Below, piece by piece: positions 1 to 8,112 of a DNA stretch of 27,155 nucleotides. Both the position numbers and the translations under genes were made by a program. The notes beneath the pieces were generated by a model. The model was not told the origin of the DNA. It ran no database searches and saw only the letters and a program-made list of their open reading frames with translations. This stretch comes from Chlamydiota bacterium (GTDB lineage Bacteria > Auribacterota > Tritonobacteria > UBA1439): contig JBAXOY010000033.1 in assembly GCA_037133055.1 (NCBI GenBank), positions 1-27,155 of the forward strand, in the 5' to 3' direction. Every line of letters starts with the position of its first letter. Within the stretch, counting starts at the first letter, position 1.

Positions 1-1309
1 CGCCCTCATCGTCGTCGCGAGCCCCGACGACACCGAGCGCGTCCTCGCCCTCGTCGAGGAGCTCGACCGCCAGACCCCGGAGAGCAAGACCCGGGTGCGC
101 GTCAAACGGCTCTCCTACTCGAACTCCGACGACATCGCGAACGTCCTCACCTCGCTCACCGCGAGCCGGACCGGGGAGGGGATGCCCCCGGTCACCGTGA
201 CCAGCTACCCCGAGATCAACGCGATCGTCATCGACGCCTCGCCGCAGGACTACGACCTCCTCCAGCGCATCATCGAGGACCTGGACATTGCCCGGGACCA
301 GGTGATGGTGGAGGTCATCGTCACGGAGGTGAACCTCGCCCGGTCGCTCTCGATGGAGTTCCAGACGCAGACCCTGAGCAAGATCAACTGGAATCCCACC
401 AGCGGCGGCCAGAAGGGCTGGGACAACACGCAGAACTGGGGAGGCACGGAGTTCGACCCTTCCCTCCGCGATATGATCATCGGCGACCTCGACAAGGGGT
501 ACCCGCTCAGCGCCGGGGCGGGGTCCGGGCTCAACATCGGGTTCGTGGAGGCGCCGGACAGTCCCAAGAACGCGATAGGGCCCTTCGGCGTACTCCTCAA
601 CGCCCTCGAGGCCGACACCGAGATCAACGTCCTTGCGGCCCCGCAGGTTCTGACCCTCGACAACGAGATCGTGAAGCTCAAGGTCGTCGACAATATCCCG
701 GTCGTGACCTCGACCCTGACCACCGGCGCGGGCACCACCGGCACCGATACCATCCAGCAGATCGACTACCGCGATGTCGGAACGCAGATCTCGCTCACCC
801 CCCACATAAGCAAGGACCGGTTCGTCCGCCTCGAGGTGGAGCAGAAGATCGACCAGCTCGTCGGCGTATCGCTCGCCGACATCTCGGGCCCGCTCACCCC
901 GGCGACCCTGAAGCGGGAGACCGCCACGACGGTCACCATCAAGGACGGGCACACGGTGGTGATCAGCGGCATGATCGGCGACTCCTACGCGACGCAGGAG
1001 TCGAAGATCCCGATCCTCGGCGACATCCCGGTCCTGGGGCTCCTCGCCCGCTTCCGCAAGAACTCGAGCTCGAAGATCAACCTGATGATCTTCATCACGC
1101 CGCGCATCGTCAGGAACCCCACGGAGCTCGCACTGGTGACCCAGAAGGCGCGCGACCGCGGCGACGAGTTTCTTGAGGAGGCCCACGGCGAGCCTGTCCG
1201 GCTTCTCGACAAGTTCATCCAGGCGGTCAAGAATGAACCGGTGAAGAAGATGCCGCAGGCGGGCGAGGCGGCGAATCCGTACGGCCTGAAAAACGCGCAG
1301 GGGATGTGA
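1..1309 (+). CDS. gspD: Type II secretion secretin GspD, 5'-truncated by the window edge
   Basis: Frame is open from base 2. N-domain repeats (NAIVIDASPQDY...IIEDLDIARDQVMVEVIVTEV) and secretin core motifs (VLAAPQVLTLDNE, YRDVGTQISLTPHI, KIPILGDIPVLGLL, LMIFITPRIV). Lies directly upstream of gspE. Confidence 0.95.
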   Translation, partial: ALIVVASPDDTERVLALVEELDRQTPESKTRVRVKRLSYSNSDDIANVLTSLTASRTGEGMPPVTVTSYPEINAIVIDASPQDYDLLQRIIEDLDIARDQVMVEVIVTEVNLARSLSMEFQTQTLSKINWNPTSGGQKGWDNTQNWGGTEFDPSLRDMIIGDLDKGYPLSAGAGSGLNIGFVEAPDSPKNAIGPFGVLLNALEADTEINVLAAPQVLTLDNEIVKLKVVDNIPVVTSTLTTGAGTTGTDTIQQIDYRDVGTQISLTPHISKDRFVRLEVEQKIDQLVGVSLADISGPLTPATLKRETATTVTIKDGHTVVISGMIGDSYATQESKIPILGDIPVLGLLARFRKNSSSKINLMIFITPRIVRNPTELALVTQKARDRGDEFLEEAHGEPVRLLDKFIQAVKNEPVKKMPQAGEAANPYGLKNAQGM

Positions 1310-1319
1310 GGACGCGCGG

Positions 1320-1399
1320 GTTCACGCAGTTCAAACGGTTCAACCGGTTCACGCGGGACATCCGCGATACCCGGTGTGAACGGTTTGAACGGACTGAAG
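1320..1399. repeat. Intergenic 9-bp periodic repeat arranged as an imperfect inverted repeat
   Basis: GTTCACGCA GTTCAAACG GTTCAACCG GTTCACGCG (1320-1355). After a short spacer, GTGTGAACG GTTTGAACG GACTGAAG (1374-1399) gives the same unit on the opposite strand. Confidence 0.85.
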
Positions 1400-1462
1400 C
1401 GGCCGATAACGCGGCATCCCGGATGAACTATCCGGCGCCGCGTATTTCCTGAGGAGCGGGTC

Positions 1463-3193
1463 ATGTCGGCGACCAGCAAGAAGCTTATCGGCCAGATACT
1501 CCTGAAAAGCGGCTGCCTCACCCCCGACCAGCTCGACGAGGGGCTCGCGAAGCAGGAGGACTCCGACAAGAGGATCGGCGAGATCCTGATCGGGCTCGGC
1601 TTCATCAAGGAGGAGGACCTTCTCCACGCCCTGAGCGAGCAGTTCGGTCTCCCGTTCCTCAGATCCCTCACCCCCGAGATGGCGGACCGCGAACTCATCG
1701 CGCGCGTCCCGCGCAACTTCGCCCAGGCCCACCAGCTCGTCCCCCTCAAGCGCGACGGCGACGCGGTCGTCGTCGCGACCGCCGACCCGCTCAACACCCA
1801 GCCCCTCGACGACATCGGGCTCCTCCTCGAGTGCGAGACGCACGTGGCGATCGCGAAGGCGGCCGAGATCGCCCACGTGATCAACACCGTCTACATGCAC
1901 GCGGAGAGCGCCGCCGAGGAGCTGATCGAGGACATGGGGGCCGAGAAGGAGGCGGGCGGCGAGAAGATCTTCGACCTCTCGGAGCAGGCGGCCGAGGACC
2001 TGATGGACCTCGACGACAAGGCCCCGGTCATCAAGCTCATCAACCTGATGATCTACCAGGCCGCCAAGTCGCGGGCGAGCGACATCCACATCGAGCCGTA
2101 TGAGAAGGAGCTCAAGATCCGGTTCCGCATCGACGGCGTGCTCCACAACACCCTCACGCCCCCGAAGCGCTACCAGTCTGCGATCATCTCCCGGGTGAAG
2201 ATCATGTCCAACATGAACATCGCCGAGAAGCGCCTTCCCCAGGACGGCCGGATCAAGATCAAGATGCCCGACCGCGAGATCGACCTCCGCGTTTCCACCA
2301 TCCCGATCGTGCACGGGGAGCGCGTGGTGATGCGGCTCCTCGACCGCGGGGCCATGTTCTACGGCCTGGAGGAGCTCGGCTTCAGCCCCGACAAGCTCCA
2401 GAGGTTCAACCGCCTGATCGAGGTGCCGTACGGCATCATCCTCGTCACCGGGCCGACCGGGAGCGGCAAGTCCACGACCCTCTACGGCGCGCTCAGCAAG
2501 ATCAACACGGAGGACCGGAACATCCTGACGATCGAGGACCCGGTCGAGTACCAGATCCCGGGCATCGGCCAGATCCACGTGAAGCCGAAGATCAACCTGA
2601 CCTTCGCGAGCGGGCTCCGGCACATCCTCAGGCAGGACCCCGACGTCATCATGGTGGGAGAGATCCGCGACCTCGAGACCGCGGAGATCGCCATCCAGGC
2701 CTCGCTCACCGGCCACCTGGTCTTCTCGACGCTCCACACGAACGACGCGGCCGGAGCGGTCACCCGCCTCATCGACATGGGGGTCGAGCCGTTCCTCGTC
2801 TCCTCCTCCGTCATCGCCATCATGGCCCAGCGGCTCGTGCGGGTCATCTGCCCGAAGTGCAAGGAGGAGTACGTGCCGCCCCCGGAGACGCTGCGGGGGC
2901 TCGGCCTCGACCCCAAGACGCTCCCCAACAAGACCGTCTGCCGGGGCAAGGGCTGCGACTACTGCCTGGGGACCGGCTACCGCGGCAGGAGCGGGATATT
3001 CGAGCTCCTCTACATCGACGACGAGATACGGCAGCTCGTCCTCGACCGCATCTCCTCCAACGTCATCAAGAAGAAGGCGATCGAGAAGGGGATGCTCACC
3101 CTGAGGGGCGACGGCGCGCTGAAGGTCGCGAAGGGGATCACGACAATCGAGGAGGTTCTGAGGATCACGCAGGAAGAGGTCCTCGAGATCTGA
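1463..3193 (+). CDS. gspE: Type II secretion ATPase GspE with N-terminal MshEN-type domain
   Basis: Walker A GPTGSGKSTT, Asp box TIEDPVEY, LRQDPDVIMVGEIRD, TGHLVFSTLHTND, Cys motifs CPKC...CDYC. RBS GAGGAG upstream. Confidence 0.96.
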   Translation: MSATSKKLIGQILLKSGCLTPDQLDEGLAKQEDSDKRIGEILIGLGFIKEEDLLHALSEQFGLPFLRSLTPEMADRELIARVPRNFAQAHQLVPLKRDGDAVVVATADPLNTQPLDDIGLLLECETHVAIAKAAEIAHVINTVYMHAESAAEELIEDMGAEKEAGGEKIFDLSEQAAEDLMDLDDKAPVIKLINLMIYQAAKSRASDIHIEPYEKELKIRFRIDGVLHNTLTPPKRYQSAIISRVKIMSNMNIAEKRLPQDGRIKIKMPDREIDLRVSTIPIVHGERVVMRLLDRGAMFYGLEELGFSPDKLQRFNRLIEVPYGIILVTGPTGSGKSTTLYGALSKINTEDRNILTIEDPVEYQIPGIGQIHVKPKINLTFASGLRHILRQDPDVIMVGEIRDLETAEIAIQASLTGHLVFSTLHTNDAAGAVTRLIDMGVEPFLVSSSVIAIMAQRLVRVICPKCKEEYVPPPETLRGLGLDPKTLPNKTVCRGKGCDYCLGTGYRGRSGIFELLYIDDEIRQLVLDRISSNVIKKKAIEKGMLTLRGDGALKVAKGITTIEEVLRITQEEVLEI

Positions 3194-3237
3194 TTTTCCT
3201 CTGCACACTGCACCGTTCAACCTTGGGCCGCGTTCCC

Positions 3238-4461
3238 ATGCCCGCATTCAAATACAAGGCGCTCGACCAGGAGGGAAAGACGGCCGCCGGCGTGATCGAC
3301 GCCGACTCCGCCAAGGATGCCCGGGCGCGCCTGCGCGCCCAGGGGCTCTTCGCCACCGACGTCAGGGAGACCGAGAAGGGCATCAGCCTGAACACCCAGG
3401 TCAACCTGAAATCCATCTTCAGGCGCGTCGGGATACGCGAAGTCGCGGTGGTCACCCGGCAGCTCGCCACGCTCCTCAAGGCGGGGCTGCCGCTCGTCCG
3501 CTCACTCCAGGCCATCGAGGACCAGCTCGCCGACAGCCCCTTCAGGGCCCATATCATCGAGGTTCGGGAGGCGGTCAACCGCGGCGTGAGCCTGGCCGAC
3601 GCGATGGAAAAACACCCGAAGATATTCACCTCGCTCTACGTGAACATGGTGCGCGCGGGTGAATCCGCGGGGGCGCTCGATAACATCCTCGAACGGCTCG
3701 CCGTCTTCAGCGAGAAGACCCTCGCCCTCCAGAACAAGGTGCGATCCGCGATGATCTACCCGATCTTCATGTCGGTGATCGGCGTGCTCGCGGTGGGCAT
3801 CCTCCTCACCTTCGTGGTCCCCTCGATCACCAAGATATTCGCGGACACGGGACAGGGACTTCCGGGCCCCACCCTCGTGCTCATGACCGCGAGCGGGTTC
3901 ATGAAGCGCTACTGGTGGGCGCTCATCGCCGCCGCGTCGGCCGCGGTGGTCCTCTTCAAACGCCTCATCCGGCGGCCGGCCCTGCGCCTCCTCATGGACC
4001 GGGTGAAACTCCGCGCCCCCGTCTTCGGGCCCCTCTCCCGCAAGATGGCCGTGTCGCGCTTCGCCCGCACCCTCTCGATCCTCACCGCGAGCGGCGTCCC
4101 AATCCTCAAGGCGATGGGGATCGTCCGGTCGATCGTGGGCAACGAGGTGCTCGCCCGCGCCATCGACACTGCGTGCGAGGCGGTGGGGGCCGGGAAGTCG
4201 ATCGCGGAGCCGCTCGCCGACAGCGGGGTCTTCCCCCCGATCGTGACGCACATGATCGCCGTCGGCGAGACGAGCGGCCGCCTCGAGGATATGCTCCAGA
4301 ACGTCGCCGACGCCTACGACGGAGAGGTGGAGAACTCCGTCGTCGCGCTCGTCTCGCTCCTCGAGCCGGTGATGATCATCGGCCTCGGGGGGGTCGTGGG
4401 GTTCATCGTCTTCGCGATCCTGATGCCGATATTCGAGATGAACGGGATGGTAAGTAAATAA
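3238..4461 (+). CDS. gspF: Type II secretion inner-membrane platform protein GspF
   Basis: Start reassigned to MPAFKYKALD. Motifs TRQLATLLKAGLPL, YVNMVRAGESAGAL, AMIYP, MIAVGETSGRL, LLEPVMII. Confidence 0.95.
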   Translation: MPAFKYKALDQEGKTAAGVIDADSAKDARARLRAQGLFATDVRETEKGISLNTQVNLKSIFRRVGIREVAVVTRQLATLLKAGLPLVRSLQAIEDQLADSPFRAHIIEVREAVNRGVSLADAMEKHPKIFTSLYVNMVRAGESAGALDNILERLAVFSEKTLALQNKVRSAMIYPIFMSVIGVLAVGILLTFVVPSITKIFADTGQGLPGPTLVLMTASGFMKRYWWALIAAASAAVVLFKRLIRRPALRLLMDRVKLRAPVFGPLSRKMAVSRFARTLSILTASGVPILKAMGIVRSIVGNEVLARAIDTACEAVGAGKSIAEPLADSGVFPPIVTHMIAVGETSGRLEDMLQNVADAYDGEVENSVVALVSLLEPVMIIGLGGVVGFIVFAILMPIFEMNGMVSK

Positions 4462-4524
4462 TCTTCACCGTGGAGAACACGGGGGCTGCAGGAATCGTAT
4501 AGTATAATGAAAGGCGGTGGAAAC

Positions 4525-4896
4525 ATGGCGAAACGGGAAAAGGGTTTCACGCTCATCGAACTGCTGGTCGTCATGGTCATCCTCGGCCTCCTGGTGGGGC
4601 TCGTCGCGCCGAAGGTGATGCGCCGCATCAAGCCGGCGAAGATCCAGACGGCGCGGGTCCAGATCGCGAACCTCGAGCAGGCCCTGCAGCAGTACTACCT
4701 GGAGAACAACTCGGCCTACCCCGCCACCCTCGACGCGCTCGTCCCCGAGTACATCGATGAGGTGCCGAAGGACCCGTGGCAGAACCCCTACACATACGTA
4801 TTCCCCGGTTCGCACAACAAGGACTTCGACATCGAGTCGGGGGGGCCGGACGGGTCCATCGGCGGCGATGACGACATCACGAACTACTCGAAGTAG
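4525..4896 (+). CDS. gspG: Major pseudopilin GspG
   Basis: Class III leader K-G|FTLIELLVVMVILGLL. DPWQNPYTY..PG and GPDG..GG.DDI motifs. An alternative start exists at 4507. Confidence 0.93.
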   Translation: MAKREKGFTLIELLVVMVILGLLVGLVAPKVMRRIKPAKIQTARVQIANLEQALQQYYLENNSAYPATLDALVPEYIDEVPKDPWQNPYTYVFPGSHNKDFDIESGGPDGSIGGDDDITNYSK

Positions 4897-5386
4897 GCGC
4901 GGCTTTACCCTCATAGAGCTCTGCGTGGTGATGGTGATCGTGGCGCTCGTCATCGCGATCGCCCTCCCGCGCTACGGCGGCATGCTCGCCCGCGGAAGCA
5001 TGCGCAGCGAGGCCCGGAGGCTCGCGGCGGCGGCTCGGTACCTGAGCAGCGAGGCGGCCCGGACCGGCAGGGCGCACTACCTGAACTTCGACGTCGGGCA
5101 TGACACCTACTGGGTCACCGTCGACGAGGGCGGGGGCAGGCCCGTCGAGGAGTCCACCCACCTCACCCGGCGCTACCTCCTCTCCGAGGGGGTCATGATC
5201 AGGGATGTGATTGTTTTCGGGCGGGGGCAGAAGAGCCGGGGGACGCAGCGGATCGGCTTCTTCGCCCGGGGGGAAAACGAGGAGGCGATCGTCCACCTCG
5301 GCGACTACGCGAAGAGCCGGTCCTACTCGCTCCACCTCAAGCCCTACGGCGGCCGCACCGCGTTCTACGACTACTACTACAAGTGA
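4868..5386 (+). CDS. gspH: Minor pseudopilin GspH-like
   Basis: MTTSRTTRSRRG|FTLIELCVVMVIVA prepilin leader. Position after gspG, overlapping it by 29 bp. Confidence 0.82.
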   Translation: MTTSRTTRSRRGFTLIELCVVMVIVALVIAIALPRYGGMLARGSMRSEARRLAAAARYLSSEAARTGRAHYLNFDVGHDTYWVTVDEGGGRPVEESTHLTRRYLLSEGVMIRDVIVFGRGQKSRGTQRIGFFARGENEEAIVHLGDYAKSRSYSLHLKPYGGRTAFYDYYYK

Positions 5387-5423
5387 CGCAGGGAACCGCA
5401 CAAATCGGTTTTCGAGAACGGGC

Positions 5424-5852
5424 ATGCAGGCTCATCACGGGTTCACGCTGGTGGAGGTGATGGTGGCGATGGTGATCATCTCCATCGCCATGGTCACGCT
5501 CCTCGCCACGCAGGTGGCGAGCACCCGGAGCTACGCCGAGGCGAAGGCGACGACGGTCTCGACACTCCTCGCGCAGCAGAAGATCGCCGAGATTCTCTCG
5601 GGCGAGTTTCCCGAGCCGGGCGAGGATGAGGGGGTCTTCGGGGACAACGAGCACTACGGGTATCTCGTCACCGTCCGGGAGACGTCAAGCGAGCAGCTCC
5701 GAGAGGTGACGGTCCAGGTCGGGCTCATCCCCCCGGGCGGGGGCGGCGATGCGCCGGCGATCGGGGGGGTCACCGTCACCACGTACGTGGCCGACCCGGG
5801 GAAAAAGGAAGAGGAGTCCGGGGGTGAAGTAGGAGCCCAGACGGCGGGATGA
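5424..5852 (+). CDS. gspI: Minor pseudopilin GspI-like
   Basis: MQAHHG|FTLVEVMVAMVII leader, LAQQKIAE helix, operon order. Confidence 0.82.
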   Translation: MQAHHGFTLVEVMVAMVIISIAMVTLLATQVASTRSYAEAKATTVSTLLAQQKIAEILSGEFPEPGEDEGVFGDNEHYGYLVTVRETSSEQLREVTVQVGLIPPGGGGDAPAIGGVTVTTYVADPGKKEEESGGEVGAQTAG

Positions 5853-6034
5853 ACGCGGATATGCGTTGCCACAGAGATCACAGAGGACACGGAGAAATTG
5901 GACGCGGATCGGCGCGGATGAACGCGGATAAAAAGCCATCGCTGAGGGACACAGAAGGTGACGTCAACATGGACGACCGATCCCCAGGGAAGACATCCCA
6001 CTATCTCTGTGATCTCTGTGCCCTCTGCGGCAAC
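5851..6034. repeat. Composite repeat element: inverted CAC(A/G)GAG 9-mer arms plus 10-bp CGCGGAT units
   Basis: Left arm GTTGCCACAGAGATCACAGAGGACACGGAGA (5865-5895). Right arm TCTCTGTGATCTCTGTGCCCTCTGCGGCAAC (6004-6034). CGCGGAT-containing decamers at 5851, 5900, 5910 and 5920. Confidence 0.88.
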
Positions 6035-6748
6035 TCCAAGGCCTTCACGATGGTGGAGGTGCTGGTGGCGATCCTCATCACCAGCATCGTCGCGGGGGTC
6101 ATCTACGGCTCCTACATGGGCGCCCTGAAGATCATCTACGCCTCCCAGAAGGACATGGAGCGGACGACCATGGCGCGGCTCATGCTCGACCGCGTGACCG
6201 GCGACCTCGCCTGCGCTTTTTTAAGGGCCGGCAAGGAGTATCTCGTCTTCGTGGGCGCCGACGGCGGCGAAGAGGGGCGCGGCTCGGACACCGTGACCTT
6301 CATCACCACCGCGCACGAGCGCCGCAGTCGGGACGTCGCCGAGAGCGAGCTGAGCGAGGTGACCTACTCCCTCGACGCCTCGGACGGCATGGGATACCTG
6401 ATGCGCCGCGAGGACCCGACCCTCGACGAGGACGCATTCTCGGGCGGCGAGACCCGGGCGATAGGCGAGGGGCTCGCGGGGCTCGATTTCGAGTACCTTG
6501 GCGACGGGGGGTGGGTCCCCTCGTGGGATTCGCGGGAAGACGACTCGCTCCCCCGCGCCGCGCGCGTGACCCTGACCATGGCGACCGAGGAGGAGGGAGG
6601 GGGGAAAGAGGGCGGGGAGGCGGTGCGCTACACCGCCTTCCGCACCGAGGTGGCGATGCCCCTCGGCGGGAGCTGGGAGGAGAAGGAGGAGCCGACGCCG
6701 ACGCCGCTGGCGGGGGGGAGGGCGCTCCCGACCCCGCGGCCACAGTAA
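5969..6748 (+). CDS. gspJ: Minor pseudopilin GspJ-like
   Basis: KA|FTMVEVLVAILITSIVA leader. LSEVTYSL, LMRRED and WDS....LPRAARVTL are GspJ-like motifs. Start uncertain: 5849, 5918 or 5969 (5969 has GAAGGTG upstream). Confidence 0.82.
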   Translation: MDDRSPGKTSHYLCDLCALCGNSKAFTMVEVLVAILITSIVAGVIYGSYMGALKIIYASQKDMERTTMARLMLDRVTGDLACAFLRAGKEYLVFVGADGGEEGRGSDTVTFITTAHERRSRDVAESELSEVTYSLDASDGMGYLMRREDPTLDEDAFSGGETRAIGEGLAGLDFEYLGDGGWVPSWDSREDDSLPRAARVTLTMATEEEGGGKEGGEAVRYTAFRTEVAMPLGGSWEEKEEPTPTPLAGGRALPTPRPQ

Positions 6749-6777
6749 GATGTGTCATTCACCATCTGAGATCAGCC

Positions 6778-8112
6778 ATGACCACAACGCGCCGGACGCA
6801 AAAAAACGAGGGCGGCGTCATCCTCATAATGGCGCTCTTCATCATCACGCTCTTCACCGTGCTGGTGCTCGAGTACAACTACGCCACCAGGGTCGAATAC
6901 CACATCGCGGCGACCTGCCGCGACGATCTTCTCGCCCTCAACATCGCGCGGGCCGGGGTCAATGAGACGATCGCCCTTTACCGCGACGACCGGCTGGAGG
7001 AGATCGAGGAGAAGGAGAAGGAGGACGAGGAGAAGGGCCGCGCGACGGGGGCCGCGGAGGGCGCATCGTTCACGCAGCAGGCGCTCCAGGCGAAGCCCCA
7101 GCCGAAGGGCGCCCCGCGCGACATCCCCTTCCCCGACCACTACGGGGAGGATTGGGCGCGGGAGCGTTTCCAGGAGCCGCTCGGGGACGGCCTCCTCACG
7201 CTCAAGGTCATCGACGAAACCGGCAAAATCAACATCAACACGCTGGTGAAGGAGCAGAAGGAGCAGAAGGGGCAGACCCCGACTCCGACGCCCTGCGCGG
7301 ACTGCCCGAAGAGCGAGGCGACGGAAACGCCGAGGCCCCCCCCGCGGAAGTGGGGACAGGTGGACGTGGACAGGACCGGCGAGGAGGACACGGAGAAGGG
7401 GAAGAGCGCGCAGGAGCCCGAGGTGCCCGAGGTGCCCGAGGTGCCCGAGGTGCGCTATGTTGTTGACAAAAAGGTGGAGAAGGATATCATGAGGCTCGTA
7501 AAAGCCCTCGATATCCGGAGCGTCGACGAGGAGAAGGTGACCGCCGCGATCGTCGACTGGATGGACTCAAACGACGAGGGTGACTGGGAGGACGACGTCT
7601 TCGGGGCCGGGGACGCCGGCTCGCCGGTGAAAAACGCTCCCCTCGACGTGCTCTCCGAGCTTCTCCTGGTCAAGGGGGTCACGGGGGACCTGTACTTCGG
7701 CCCCGGCCGGCCGGAAATACTCGACCTGGACGAGGAGCTGTCTCGGAAGGCGAAAAAGCGCGGGGGGACCGGTTTGAGGGACTGTCTCACCGTCTTCTCC
7801 CGGGGCAAGGTGAACGTGAACACCGCCCCCCCCGAGGTGCTCACGGCGCTCCTCGAGGAGGAGAACGAATCCCTCGTCAAGGAAATCGTCACCTACACCC
7901 GCACCGGATATTTCAAGGATCTCACGCAGTTCGAGGAAAAGATGGGGGAGCATGTGCCCGCGAGCTTCAAGGCCAGGATCGGCGTCGGGAGCGACTGCGT
8001 GCAGATCGCCTCGCGCGGGCAGGTGAACGACTCCGTGAAGCAGCTCCGCGCGTTTGTCTACCGGGACGACGAGGCGGTGACACGGGTGCTCTACTGGAGA
8101 GTGGAGAAATGA
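6778..8112 (+). CDS. gspK: Minor pseudopilin GspK with low-complexity insertions
   Basis: G|VILIMALFII leader lacking E5 (typical of GspK). Motifs DETGKININ, AIVDWMD, KNAPL..LSELLLVKGV, VNVNTAPPEVL. Confidence 0.9.
   Translation: MTTTRRTQKNEGGVILIMALFIITLFTVLVLEYNYATRVEYHIAATCRDDLLALNIARAGVNETIALYRDDRLEEIEEKEKEDEEKGRATGAAEGASFTQQALQAKPQPKGAPRDIPFPDHYGEDWARERFQEPLGDGLLTLKVIDETGKININTLVKEQKEQKGQTPTPTPCADCPKSEATETPRPPPRKWGQVDVDRTGEEDTEKGKSAQEPEVPEVPEVPEVRYVVDKKVEKDIMRLVKALDIRSVDEEKVTAAIVDWMDSNDEGDWEDDVFGAGDAGSPVKNAPLDVLSELLLVKGVTGDLYFGPGRPEILDLDEELSRKAKKRGGTGLRDCLTVFSRGKVNVNTAPPEVLTALLEEENESLVKEIVTYTRTGYFKDLTQFEEKMGEHVPASFKARIGVGSDCVQIASRGQVNDSVKQLRAFVYRDDEAVTRVLYWRVEK
7417..7452 (+). repeat. 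Perfect in-frame tandem repeat (CCCGAGGTG)x4 encoding (PEV)4
   Basis: Four exact 9-bp copies within gspK. Confidence 0.95.

Noticed and set aside
1349..3247. 632-aa antisense ORF over gspE, and similar long shadow ORFs (8091-9332, 11769-13760, 12296-14227, 19676-21121, 20697-22259, 23926-25392)
   Set aside because: They overlap well-supported genes, have no recognisable motifs and are expected from stop-codon scarcity in high-GC DNA.
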